In this document: positions 48,560 through 57,583 of the stretch, in pieces
Numbering within the stretch: the first letter of the stretch is position 1
How the letters are laid out: every line of letters starts with the position of its first letter
From: an uncultured Pseudomonadales bacterium
GTDB lineage: Bacteria > Patescibacteriota > Microgenomatia > UBA1400 > PJMF01
Length of the DNA stretch: 64,000 bases
Assembly (NCBI GenBank): GCA_964393205.1
Contig: CAYMSV010000001.1
Location: 5,841 to 69,840 of the forward strand
Reading direction: 5' to 3'
The notes under the pieces: generated by a model
The model's database searches: none
What the model was told of the DNA's origin: nothing
The model's input: the letters and a program-made list of their open reading frames with translations, nothing else
Position numbers and translations under genes: made by a program

Positions 48560-49828
48560 CTAAATAGTGGATTTATTTTTTTTATTTCTAACTGTTTCAA
48601 TTAGTGTTTGCAAATCTAATTCTTTTTGTTCGCCTGTATCTAGATTTTTAAGACTGATAAGGTTTTTATCTATTTCTTCACTACCAACGATTATCACCCA
48701 AGGGATATTCTTATCTTGTGCTAACTTAAATTGTTTACCAATCTTATCTTTTTCCAGATAAATTTCAGTGCTTATGTCAGCTGATCTCAAATTTTTACTT
48801 ATTTCTAAAGCTTTTTTTTGACAAGTATCATCGTCAAAAATACTGATTAAAACTTGAGCACTAGGCTCAGATTTTAATTGTTTTTTTTCTTTAATTAACT
48901 CAACAATTCTATCAAAACCTAAACCAAATCCTACAGCCGGCATATCTAAACCTGATAATTCTTCAATCAAATTATCATAGCGACCTCCAGCTCCTAAGCT
49001 ACCACTACCATATTTAGCAATTTTTCCTTCAAAAATTAAGCCAGTATAGTAATCTAAACCACGAGCTATTTTTGGGTTAAAAACGAGAGCTTCCTGAGGC
49101 ACTCCTAGTTCTATGGTTTTTTGTTCAATTTTTATTAAACTTTCTGATTTATCAATATTATTTAATCTAGAAAAAATTGACTCAACCACTTGTCGATTAA
49201 GGCCTTTGGCTATCAGCTCATTAGTGACTTCTTCGGGTGATAATTTATCTAGTTTATCAATACTTTGAATAATAGATAAAACAGAAACTCGCTCTTTGGC
49301 GAATTCGCTAAAACTATCAAGCAAAAGTTGTCGATCGTTATACTCGATTTTAATATCAACCAAACCTAAGCTTTTAAAAATATCATAAAAAACAGCTAAG
49401 ATTTCTGCATCAGCTAGAGGAGAGCGACTGCCAAAAATATCAGCATCACATTGTATAAACTCCCGATAGCGGCCTCGTTGAGGTTTGTCTGCTCGAAAAA
49501 CGCTTTGAATTTGAAAGCGGCGCAAATATTTAGGCAATTCATTTTGATAGTTAGCTAGTACTCTAGCTGTGGGTACGGTTTGGTCATAACGCAAGCCAAG
49601 TTTTCGGCCACCTCGATCAGTAAAGGTGTAGAGTAATTTATCTGCTTCTTCACCATATTTGCCCAATAGTAAACTAGCGTACTCTAGAGTAGGAGTTTCA
49701 AAAGGCACAAAAGCAAAACGCTTAAAACTATCCCGAATGATAGAGCGTACTTTTTCTCTCAAACTGGCTTCTGTTGGTAAAAAATCACGAAAGCCCTTGA
49801 GTGTTTGTAACTGATTATTCTTTTTCAT
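48560..49828 (-). CDS. hisS: Histidyl-tRNA synthetase
   Basis: KGFRDF, LRYDQT, FRADKPQRGRYREF.Q, RGLDYYTG, GGRYD. Confidence 0.98.
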   Translation of the reverse strand: MKKNNQLQTLKGFRDFLPTEASLREKVRSIIRDSFKRFAFVPFETPTLEYASLLLGKYGEEADKLLYTFTDRGGRKLGLRYDQTVPTARVLANYQNELPKYLRRFQIQSVFRADKPQRGRYREFIQCDADIFGSRSPLADAEILAVFYDIFKSLGLVDIKIEYNDRQLLLDSFSEFAKERVSVLSIIQSIDKLDKLSPEEVTNELIAKGLNRQVVESIFSRLNNIDKSESLIKIEQKTIELGVPQEALVFNPKIARGLDYYTGLIFEGKIAKYGSGSLGAGGRYDNLIEELSGLDMPAVGFGLGFDRIVELIKEKKQLKSEPSAQVLISIFDDDTCQKKALEISKNLRSADISTEIYLEKDKIGKQFKLAQDKNIPWVIIVGSEEIDKNLISLKNLDTGEQKELDLQTLIETVRNKKNKSTI

Positions 49829-49854
49829 AAAATTCCTTTATATATTTATTGTAC

Positions 49855-49880
49855 AAAAAAATCCCCGTTATCAGGGGATT
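49855..49880 (-). terminator. Attenuator terminator upstream of hisS
   Basis: Minus strand AATCCCC-TGATAAC-GGGGATT followed by a T-run. Confidence 0.88.
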
Positions 49881-49921
49881 AATTATTATTTGCTCATTTA
49901 AGCAATACAAAACATCCCCTC

Positions 49922-49972
49922 TTACGAGTGGTGATGATGAACTGCTAAAGTTTGAGCAATTAATTTTTGCAT
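49922..49972 (-). CDS. His leader peptide MQKLIAQTLAVHHHHS
   Basis: ATG...CAT CAT CAC CAC TCG TAA, immediately followed by antiterminator arm AGGGGAT, upstream of hisS. Confidence 0.88.
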   Translation of the reverse strand: MQKLIAQTLAVHHHHS

Positions 49973-49981
49973 CAGAGGAAT

Positions 49982-50010
49982 ATTATATGTTTTTTAGGCC
50001 CATTAGTCAA
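49982..50010 (-). promoter_or_regulatory. sigma70 promoter of the hisS leader
   Basis: TTGACT-N17-TATAAT, 9 nt upstream of the leader ATG. Confidence 0.8.
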
Positions 50011-50070
50011 ACAATTATTTGTTATAATTTGCTTGGATTGAGCTCTTAAGTTTAATCTTTAATAAAAAAC

Positions 50071-50144
50071 GGGCCTGTAGCTCAGTTGGCTAGAGCGCTG
50101 CATTCGCATTGCAGAGGTCAGGGATTCGATTTCCCTCAGGTCCA
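50071..50144 (+). tRNA. tRNA-Ala(CGC)
   Basis: Acceptor GGGCCTG/CAGGTCC with G3:U70, anticodon arm CTGCA-TTCGCAT-TGCAG, TTCGA T-loop; CCA not encoded. Confidence 0.96.
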
Positions 50145-50846
50145 CTAATTGGCTAAATCTACCAAGGCTTTGATACTGCTCACAAGCCACTGTCCGTCTG
50201 TTTTAGCGGTAGCGACAATTAGACATTGAAGGTCAGAGTAGAGATCTCTAAGGCTTATTTCATCTCCATTATCATCAAAATATTGAGTGTTTTTATCTAA
50301 TAAAAAGTTCAAATCACTTTCTCCAGTTCGAGAATCAAATAATAAATTATTAGAATAGAGTTCAGTAATGCTGCCGATTGTTATTTTTCGATCTTCTTGA
50401 GTAAAGTCTGTTTCTGTTAATAAAATTCTTTTAGGAACAGAAACATCCTTTTCAACTACACTATAAACAATAACCCAGTCATCAACTGCAATTTCATCAA
50501 GTTCAATTTCTTCTTCTTTTTTAACAATTTCTAAATCTTCAGTTAGTGGAACCACAATATTATTTTGATTATTAAGAACAGTGAGAGTTTCTGCACTAAC
50601 TCTTTTGACTTGAGCGAGATAAGCTTGTTTAAGCTGTGTTGGTTGTTGATCGTTTTGACCTAGTTCAACCTGTTTGTCTTGGATGACTTTCTTGATATTT
50701 GAGATAGTAGATTCCTCAGTAGCTTCTGACTCAGTCTGGGCATTAATCATGGGTATAGCAAAAAACAACGAAATCATGATAAAAAAACCAGTGATCAAAT
50801 AAAAGTTTTGCGATTTAAAGAATTGTTTATTGTTTAATTTTGACAT
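50145..50846 (-). CDS. Membrane-anchored/secreted protein with repeated beta domains (DUF5666-like)
   Basis: Start set to ATG 50846; TM/signal, two similar beta-rich units. Confidence 0.7.
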   Translation of the reverse strand: MSKLNNKQFFKSQNFYLITGFFIMISLFFAIPMINAQTESEATEESTISNIKKVIQDKQVELGQNDQQPTQLKQAYLAQVKRVSAETLTVLNNQNNIVVPLTEDLEIVKKEEEIELDEIAVDDWVIVYSVVEKDVSVPKRILLTETDFTQEDRKITIGSITELYSNNLLFDSRTGESDLNFLLDKNTQYFDDNGDEISLRDLYSDLQCLIVATAKTDGQWLVSSIKALVDLAN

Positions 50847-50847
50847 C

Positions 50848-51354
50848 TTAGTTATCTTCTGTTTCTTCTTCGTTTGCTTCTTCTTCAGTTGTTTCTTGAT
50901 TGTCATTATTGCTTTGACTAAAGTCTTCATTGAGAAAATCAGCGTCAACAATGACTGTTCGAGTGGCTTGATTAAGCAAGCCGTCTTGATTAATGCTGTA
51001 GATTTTCAAAACATTAGCGCCCTGATCCAATCTGACTTCTTTTGAAAAATTACCAGATTCATCTGCACTGCTAATCACTTCCTCATTATTAACAAAAACA
51101 ACTACAAAATTATTAGCATTGGTATTACCACTAACGATGAGACGTTGACTATCGGTAATGAGGTTATCTTCAGGAGAAGTAATGGCCAATTGGCTATTAT
51201 CTTCATTTTCATCCAAAACGGGGTTTTTTATTACGTCTTGAACCTGATCCTTTTGAGCGTCACTGATGTTACGACGGCTTTGGTAAACTCCAAAAGTAAT
51301 TAAAAGACCTAAGCTGATACCTATAACAACTGCTAAAAGAACTTCTTTTCGCAT
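50848..51354 (-). CDS. Membrane-anchored Ig-like domain protein
   Basis: TM; ITSPED..VSGNT..DESGNFS..L..GAN; acidic tail. Confidence 0.78.
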   Translation of the reverse strand: MRKEVLLAVVIGISLGLLITFGVYQSRRNISDAQKDQVQDVIKNPVLDENEDNSQLAITSPEDNLITDSQRLIVSGNTNANNFVVVFVNNEEVISSADESGNFSKEVRLDQGANVLKIYSINQDGLLNQATRTVIVDADFLNEDFSQSNNDNQETTEEEANEEETEDN

Positions 51355-51427
51355 AATACTATTATAATTGAAGAGACATCCTATGTTAAATCTTGTAAAA
51401 TGTCAACTTTAACGGTAATATGCGAAT

Positions 51428-52087
51428 ATGCAAATTAGTTATCATGGACATTCCTGTTTCAGATTAAAAGGCAAGAACGGAACGGTGGTTACCGATCCCT
51501 ACAGTGAAGAGGGGGTGTATGGCATTAGTATGCCGAAACTAACAGCTGATTTAGTGACGGTTTCTCATCAGCATCGAGGTCACAATGCCATCGAAAAAAT
51601 TAAGGCCTCAGCTAATCGTAAAAAACCATTTATTATAGACTTTCCTGGAGAATATGAGGTTGGTGGAATTAGCGTTTTTGGCACGAAAACTTTTCATGAT
51701 AAACAGGCTGGAAAAGAGCGTGGCAGCAATTTGATTTTTACAATTTTAATTGATGGAATTACGGTTTGTCACTTAGGTGATTTAGCTCACCCTTTAAGTG
51801 ATGAACAGCTAAAAAATCTTTCTTCAATTGATGTTTTATTTTTACCCGTTGGTGGCCCTAGTTCTATTATGGGTGAGGAAGCGGTTAAATTAGCTCAAGC
51901 TATTAGTCCTAATTATCTAATACCAATGCATTATGCTGATGCTGCTTATCCTAAAGATGCTCCTTTGAAAAAAATTGAAGACTTTTTTCAAGTTTATGGA
52001 AATACTGTTGAAGCTGAAGAAAAGTTAAATGTCGAAAAGGATCGTTTACCAGACGAAATGCAATTAGTAGTTTTATCTCGTAGTTAG
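51428..52087 (+). CDS. MBL-fold Zn-dependent hydrolase (Lactamase_B_3-like)
   Basis: GHSCF, DPY, VSHQH..H, HLGDL, LPVGG, IPMHY. Confidence 0.9.
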   Translation: MQISYHGHSCFRLKGKNGTVVTDPYSEEGVYGISMPKLTADLVTVSHQHRGHNAIEKIKASANRKKPFIIDFPGEYEVGGISVFGTKTFHDKQAGKERGSNLIFTILIDGITVCHLGDLAHPLSDEQLKNLSSIDVLFLPVGGPSSIMGEEAVKLAQAISPNYLIPMHYADAAYPKDAPLKKIEDFFQVYGNTVEAEEKLNVEKDRLPDEMQLVVLSRS

Positions 52088-52088
52088 T

Positions 52089-53420
52089 ATGGCCAATAAA
52101 CTTGATCCCAAAACACCACCCCATGATTTACAGGCCGAAGAATCAGTTTTGGCAGCAATTTTGATTGATAAAGATGCAATTTTGCGAGTTTCAGAAATTT
52201 TAATAGCCAAATCTTTTTATAGTGCAGCTAATCGAGCTATATATCAAGCTATGCTTGATTTATATGATAATCGTCAACCAATTGATGTTATTACCTTAAA
52301 AAACCAGTTAAAAAAGCATAAAAAACTTAGTCAAGCTGGAGGTGTATCTGGTATTAGTAGGTTGTCCAACTTATTATCAACCAGTGCTAATGTAAAAAAC
52401 TATGCTGATGTAGTGAGAGAAAAATACGTTAAACGAGAGTTAATTGCTCTGTCTAATGATGTGGCCAATTTGGCTTTTGATGACGCTAAAGAAGTTAGTC
52501 AGATTTTAGATACTGCCGAAAAATCAGTAATGGAGATTTCCCAAACTCACGCACGCAAAGATTTTTTGCCGGTCAAACATACTTTAGTTGAAAGCTTTGA
52601 TCGTCTCGATGAATTGCAAAAAAGTGGTGGAGAACTACGAGGTATGCCATCTGGATTTGCTGAACTAGATAGAATGTTGGCTGGTTTTCAGAAATCCAAC
52701 CTAATTATTTTAGCTGCTAGACCAGGTACTGGTAAAACTGCTATGGCAGTCAATATTGCTCAATACTTAACAGTAGTGGCTAAGAAAAAAGTTGGCTTTT
52801 TTTCTTTGGAAATGAGTCGCGAAGAATTAGTTGATCGTTTGTTAACTAGTCAGGCAGATATTGATGCTTGGAAGTTAAAAACTGGTCGTTTAAATCAAGA
52901 AGATTTCGGCCGTTTATCTGATGCAATGGGTGTTTTAGCTGAAGCTAAACTTTTTATCGATGATACTCCTGGTCTCAGTATTTTTGAAATGCGCACTAAA
53001 GCCAGACGTCTAATGATGGAGCAAAATATAGATATGTTGGTGGTTGACTATCTGCAACTTGCTCATGGAGTTAATCGTGATAATAGGGTGCAAGAAGTCG
53101 GGGAAATTTCTCAGGGACTGAAGAATATTGCTCGTGAACTCAAAATACCTGTTTTGGCCTTAGCTCAGCTCTCTAGGGCAGTAGAACAAAGGGGAGAGCG
53201 ATCACCACAATTGTCAGATTTGCGTGAATCTGGCTCTATAGAGCAGGATGCTGACGTAGTGATGTTTTTGTATCGTAAAGATGAAGATTTGCGTGAATCT
53301 GTGACTTTGAAAATAGCTAAGCACCGTAATGGTAGTCTAGGAGATTTCGAGCTGTTCTTTAGAGGAGATCGAGTTCGTTTCTATGGAATGGAAATGCGTC
53401 GTACTCAAAGTCTTTCTTAA
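52089..53420 (+). CDS. dnaB: Replicative DNA helicase
   Basis: AARPGTGKT, FSLEM, VDYLQL, QLSR, DLRESGSIEQDAD, KHRNG; no intein. Confidence 0.98.
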   Translation: MANKLDPKTPPHDLQAEESVLAAILIDKDAILRVSEILIAKSFYSAANRAIYQAMLDLYDNRQPIDVITLKNQLKKHKKLSQAGGVSGISRLSNLLSTSANVKNYADVVREKYVKRELIALSNDVANLAFDDAKEVSQILDTAEKSVMEISQTHARKDFLPVKHTLVESFDRLDELQKSGGELRGMPSGFAELDRMLAGFQKSNLIILAARPGTGKTAMAVNIAQYLTVVAKKKVGFFSLEMSREELVDRLLTSQADIDAWKLKTGRLNQEDFGRLSDAMGVLAEAKLFIDDTPGLSIFEMRTKARRLMMEQNIDMLVVDYLQLAHGVNRDNRVQEVGEISQGLKNIARELKIPVLALAQLSRAVEQRGERSPQLSDLRESGSIEQDADVVMFLYRKDEDLRESVTLKIAKHRNGSLGDFELFFRGDRVRFYGMEMRRTQSLS

Positions 53421-53450
53421 AATTTATTTTGCTCGGGAATTTTTAGTATT

Positions 53451-53684
53451 TTAGCTTTGTGCAAAACCGAAGAGTAAGTAAATTAGACCTCCAGACAAGA
53501 CCATAAAAATCAAGAAAAAACCCAAATTAGCTTTAAGTTTTTTACTGGCTAAATCAGCATTAGGATTGTCCATGCTAATAATAATGATTAAGGATATCAC
53601 TAGCCAGATTAGACCTCTAATCACGATTGACCAGATACTGTTAACTGAGGTAGCTTGATGAACTAATTCTTTGATACTATCCAT
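53451..53684 (-). CDS. Small two-TM hypothetical protein
   Basis: Two hydrophobic helices; fills the intergenic gap. Confidence 0.7.
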   Translation of the reverse strand: MDSIKELVHQATSVNSIWSIVIRGLIWLVISLIIIISMDNPNADLASKKLKANLGFFLIFMVLSGGLIYLLFGFAQS

Positions 53685-53770
53685 GTTTGTGTCTAATATA
53701 ATGACGCAATTTGCTTACAAAAACAAGTCTTTTTACGGTAGAATATACAAGCTTAAACTAAGAAGTCATC

Positions 53771-53854
53771 GCCGAGATGGCGGAATTGGTAGACGCGTAG
53801 GTCTCAAAAACCTATGAGGGCAACCTCATGAGGGTTCGATTCCCTCTCTCGGCA
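53771..53854 (+). tRNA. tRNA-Leu(CAA)
   Basis: GCCGAGA/TCTCGGC acceptor, anticodon arm TAGGT-CTCAAAA-ACCTA, long variable arm, GTTCGA; CCA not encoded. Confidence 0.96.
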
Positions 53855-53860
53855 CTATAT

Positions 53861-54661
53861 ATGTGGCCCACCATTATAAACATTGGTTCTTTTCGTTTAC
53901 AATCTCTAACTTTATTGGCGATTCTAGCTCTATTTTTTACTGCTTTTGTTTTTTGGCGTAAGGGCAAAGAAGAGCATTATGATTTGACAGAATTATTTGA
54001 TGCTTTCTTATTGTCTGGTTTTTTTGGGGTAGTTGTTGGGCGTTTAGCATTTGTTGTGTTTCATTGGGGAGTTTTTAAGGAAGACTGGTTGCAAATTTTC
54101 AATATTGTTCAGTCACCTGGAAATGAACCCTTGTTGGCTTTATCTGCTGCTGCCATTTATTTGTACTTTTTAGCTAAAAAACACAAATGGGATGCTTTTG
54201 AAGTTTTGGATTTTTGGGCAACCTCTATTAGTTTGGGGATGGTTTTTGTTTATCTTGGGTTTTTTCTAGCTGGTAGTTATGCTGGTCAGTTAACAAATGT
54301 GCCTTGGGGAGTAGTGATACCTGGAACTTTTGAGAAAAGTCATCCAGTTCAATTATATTTTATGTTATTTTATTTATTTCTTTTTAATTATTTGCTTAAA
54401 GTTGAGTATAAATACCGTACTTTTGACTGGTATCGGCGGGGCAAAAAAACTGCTCAATCTGGTTTTTTATTAGCCATGTTTTTAATATTAACTGGCTTCT
54501 TTTATTTGCTAATGAGCATGTTGTCTTTGCCTGGAATGGTAGTGCGGGGCAGAGTAATTGATCCTTTTATTTATATTTTAGTTTTGTTAATTGGTTTAAT
54601 ACTTTTATTTTATCGTTCTGGTCGCTCTCTTAAAACTAAAAGGAAAAGACCAATTAGATGA
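53861..54661 (+). CDS. lgt: Prolipoprotein diacylglyceryl transferase family protein
   Basis: MWP start after the tRNA; GR, G..T.VPWG, HPVQLY; multi-TM. Confidence 0.8.
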   Translation: MWPTIINIGSFRLQSLTLLAILALFFTAFVFWRKGKEEHYDLTELFDAFLLSGFFGVVVGRLAFVVFHWGVFKEDWLQIFNIVQSPGNEPLLALSAAAIYLYFLAKKHKWDAFEVLDFWATSISLGMVFVYLGFFLAGSYAGQLTNVPWGVVIPGTFEKSHPVQLYFMLFYLFLFNYLLKVEYKYRTFDWYRRGKKTAQSGFLLAMFLILTGFFYLLMSMLSLPGMVVRGRVIDPFIYILVLLIGLILLFYRSGRSLKTKRKRPIR

Positions 54662-55539
54662 AGGTTATTTTCGAAGATCCAAATTTACTAGTGATTAATA
54701 AGCCTGCAGGCATAGTGGTTAATAGAGCTCAAACTCACCAAGACAGCACTATTCAAGATTGGTTTGTCAAGTATTTAGGTCAACAGAGTTTTCTCCCTGA
54801 TTTTATTGCCCAAAATCGCAATTCTTGGGAGCAATTCATTCCTCACGATTTTCAAGATGATTTTGGTTCTCCAGAAGAAATTTGGTTGAGTCGTCAGGGT
54901 TTAGTACACCGCTTAGATAAAGAAACTTCAGGAGCGCTGCTATTAGCTAAAAACCCAGGAGCGCTAGTGAATTTATTAGCTCAATTTAAACAAAAACAAG
55001 TGCAGAAAACTTATTTGGCTCTTTGTCATGGTCGCTTTGTATTAGACACTGGTAAAATCAATGCTCCTTTGGCTAGAGCTAGACGAAATCGCTTTCGTTT
55101 CGCCATTAGTGCAACAGGTAAAAAGGCGGAAACCAACTATGAGGTAGTAGAGAGATATCACGACCTTGATTGGCAGACTCTAGAAAAACAAAGTTTAAAC
55201 AATAACGATCTTTTTTCAAAAAAAAACACCAAAAAAATTTTAAAACGTGGGCCACAACTTTATCAAGCAGGTTTTACTTTAGTTAAGGCTAAGCCAAAAA
55301 CTGGTCGTACCCATCAAATTCGGGTTCACTTTGCTTCAATGCAGCATCCTTTAGTTGCTGACAAAATTTACTCGGGAAGGAAGAGACAGGATTTGGATCA
55401 CCTCTGGTGTCCAAGACACTTTTTACATGCAAGTAGTTTGGAATTTTATTTACCAACTGGTCCAGTATGGAAAAAAAGACAATTAGTGAAAGTCCCTTTA
55501 ATTGATGATTTACAACAAGCTTTGGCTTTGTTAAAATAA
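54658..55539 (+). CDS. RluA-family pseudouridine synthase
   Basis: NKPAG, VHRLDKETSG, TGRTHQIRVH, LHA. Confidence 0.95.
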   Translation: MKVIFEDPNLLVINKPAGIVVNRAQTHQDSTIQDWFVKYLGQQSFLPDFIAQNRNSWEQFIPHDFQDDFGSPEEIWLSRQGLVHRLDKETSGALLLAKNPGALVNLLAQFKQKQVQKTYLALCHGRFVLDTGKINAPLARARRNRFRFAISATGKKAETNYEVVERYHDLDWQTLEKQSLNNNDLFSKKNTKKILKRGPQLYQAGFTLVKAKPKTGRTHQIRVHFASMQHPLVADKIYSGRKRQDLDHLWCPRHFLHASSLEFYLPTGPVWKKRQLVKVPLIDDLQQALALLK

Positions 55540-55550
55540 AATTGTTAAGC

Positions 55551-55656
55551 AAAGAGTGCGAAAGAGCGTTAAGCTTTTCGTATTCCCAAGCAACGAATTT
55601 TGACTTTTAGTCAAGAGGAAACCAAGTGAATAAGAAAAGTTCAGCGCTCTTTTTTT
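55551..55656 (+). ncRNA. Unidentified structured RNA / leader upstream of the PRTase
   Basis: Long hairpin AAAGAGCGTTAAGCTTTTC-G-TATTC / GAATA-A-GAAAAGTTCAGCGCTCTTT with central bubble, apical stem and 3' T-run. Confidence 0.5.
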
Positions 55657-55678
55657 ATTAAATATAGAAAGAGTAGCG

Positions 55679-56290
55679 ATGAAATTTAACAATATTGTAT
55701 TTAAACAAGATCAAGCACAATACATTGTGCCCAGTTGGCAGGATTTAGACCAATTAAGCTTTGAATTGGCTCAAAAAATAATTGAATCGGGTGAAGAATT
55801 TGATTTGGTCGTGGCTTTAGCTAAAGGAGCTTGGCCAATGAGTCGTACTTTAGTTGATTATTTGGCCATTTCTAATTTAGTGAGCTTGGGTGTTAGATTC
55901 TATTCTGGAATTAATGAGCGTCTTAGTGAACCAGAGGTTTATCAAGATTTACCAGTGAGCGTAGATAATAAAAAAATTTTACTTTTTGATGACGTAGCTG
56001 ATACCGGTGAGTCACTAGTATTTGCTAGTGATTACCTCATGGAGCAGGGGGCAAGTGAAGTAAAAACTGCCACCCTCTTTTTGAAAGAGCGCTCGGCTAT
56101 TATTCCAGATTTTCATGCTAATACCACTAATTCTTGGATTATTTTTCCTTTTGAGGTGAGAGAAATGATGGGGTTGCTGGCGAGCAATTGGCGAGAACAG
56201 GGGATTGGAGAAAGTGAAATTATTGATAGGTTCGAGCAACTAAATTTCAAAAAAAATATTAGTAGTTATTTTAATAAAAATAAAAAATAA
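55679..56290 (+). CDS. Purine phosphoribosyltransferase (Gpt/HGXPRT-like)
   Basis: SW, ALAKG, PRPP loop ILLFDDVADTGES, PDF, WIIFPFE. Confidence 0.9.
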   Translation: MKFNNIVFKQDQAQYIVPSWQDLDQLSFELAQKIIESGEEFDLVVALAKGAWPMSRTLVDYLAISNLVSLGVRFYSGINERLSEPEVYQDLPVSVDNKKILLFDDVADTGESLVFASDYLMEQGASEVKTATLFLKERSAIIPDFHANTTNSWIIFPFEVREMMGLLASNWREQGIGESEIIDRFEQLNFKKNISSYFNKNKK

Positions 56291-56306
56291 ACAGAAAGGG
56301 TTTGAT

Positions 56307-56525
56307 ATGGGTAAAGAACTTTTACCAAACTTAATAGAGAAATCTGAGGCCGACTTAAGGCTTATGTTGAAACAAGCAGAGTCTGATAAAAATTATCAGC
56401 TGCAATTGTATATTTGTCGTGCACTTTTACCATTTGAAGAACGTCCTTGCTTGGCTTTAACTGCGATTAAAGAATTAGAAGAGTTAATAAACACAGAACC
56501 AAATCTAGAGGAAAATATAATTTAA
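56307..56525 (+). CDS. Small hypothetical protein
   Basis: 72 aa with AGAAAGGG SD. Confidence 0.55.
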   Translation: MGKELLPNLIEKSEADLRLMLKQAESDKNYQLQLYICRALLPFEERPCLALTAIKELEELINTEPNLEENII

Positions 56526-56545
56526 ATGTTTAAGTTGTCTTAATT

Positions 56546-57415
56546 ATGCCAATCACTATTTTTTCTAGCGAAAGGTTTTCTCAAGAGGAAGCGGTTAGAA
56601 TGGCTAGAAAAGAACAGTTGCGTGAATTAATGCAAGATTTAAGTGCTTTGGTGATTAATACTGGCAATAAAAATAAGGCTCTAGCTTTAGCTAACCTAAT
56701 CAATAAACTTACTAACCAACAATTAATTTCTAGAGAGATAATCTGTTTTGCTGATCCCAAGCAAGAGCAGTGTGCTGTTCGAGCTGCTACGGTTGCTCGT
56801 ACAAAGGTGGAAAATTTGATGAAGGACCTAAAATCCTATCCGGAGCACTGTCACACTATCGATGATGAAAATCATTCGGACATAAATTTATTATTTAGTC
56901 AATTAATTTTATTTGCCGGTTCAGATGTTAATGCTTTTGTTAAGGAGGCAGATCAAAACTGGAGTCAAAATCATCAATTATCCAGACAATATACAGAAAA
57001 GTTACCAGATGAAAAATTTTGGCGATTACGTGAGCAACTACGCCAACAATTTTGTTTTCCCGAAAACAAGCAAGTGGTATTGCGTTGGGACATAGCTAGT
57101 CATTTAGTGAATGGTCGAGATCATAGTTTTAGTGATTTAATAGAGGTAGTAAGTCGGCCAGTCGATCCTGAATTATTGGATAAGTATTTATTCGCAGCTT
57201 TAGACAACGGTCTTATTTTAGAATCAAATCAACATTTTGCTGCTTTAGAGTGTTTAATTGATAATGGACAAATTATTAGCACCAGTCATTTGCCACGAGA
57301 ACTAGAGGAGAGAGGCGCTAGTTTAGCCGATTTTAGCAGTTTTGAAGTATCTCCGGTGCTTTTATCAGCATTTTTATACTCCGTTGTTAATAATACACCT
57401 ATTTACATCCCATAA
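56546..57415 (+). CDS. Hypothetical protein, possibly divergent Maf/Ham1 (ITPase-like) fold
   Basis: LVINTGNKNK, E..A...A..K and AGSDV resemble Ham1/Maf motifs. Confidence 0.4.
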   Translation: MPITIFSSERFSQEEAVRMARKEQLRELMQDLSALVINTGNKNKALALANLINKLTNQQLISREIICFADPKQEQCAVRAATVARTKVENLMKDLKSYPEHCHTIDDENHSDINLLFSQLILFAGSDVNAFVKEADQNWSQNHQLSRQYTEKLPDEKFWRLREQLRQQFCFPENKQVVLRWDIASHLVNGRDHSFSDLIEVVSRPVDPELLDKYLFAALDNGLILESNQHFAALECLIDNGQIISTSHLPRELEERGASLADFSSFEVSPVLLSAFLYSVVNNTPIYIP

Positions 57416-57583
57416 TTTTTATAAAAACTATCCCATAACATTTATATTCTTTTGTTTGCTAGATTTAGCCAGAAAGCATGTTATAATTTAAACTCTAATT
57501 ATTAAATTTGGTCTTAGTATCTTCTTTCCTGATTAAATACTAAAACCCATTTCGGACGAGATCTGAAATAAACAAGGAACAAT

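Noticed and set aside
49829-50010. T-box riboswitch upstream of hisS
   Set aside because: No AAGGUGGUACC-type T-box consensus and the leader is short. The His4 leader peptide explains the terminator.
49849-50049. 66-aa plus-strand ORF in the track
   Set aside because: Antisense to the His leader and attenuator, non-ATG start, no protein-like features.
53828-53860. N-terminal extension of lgt as called in the track
   Set aside because: Overlaps tRNA-Leu; ATG 53861 is the plausible start.
55551-55656. SRP RNA, 6S RNA or guanine riboswitch
   Set aside because: Lacks the SRP GNRA loop and CAGG/AGCA motif, the apical stem is too short for 6S, and there is no purine-aptamer core. Kept as unidentified.
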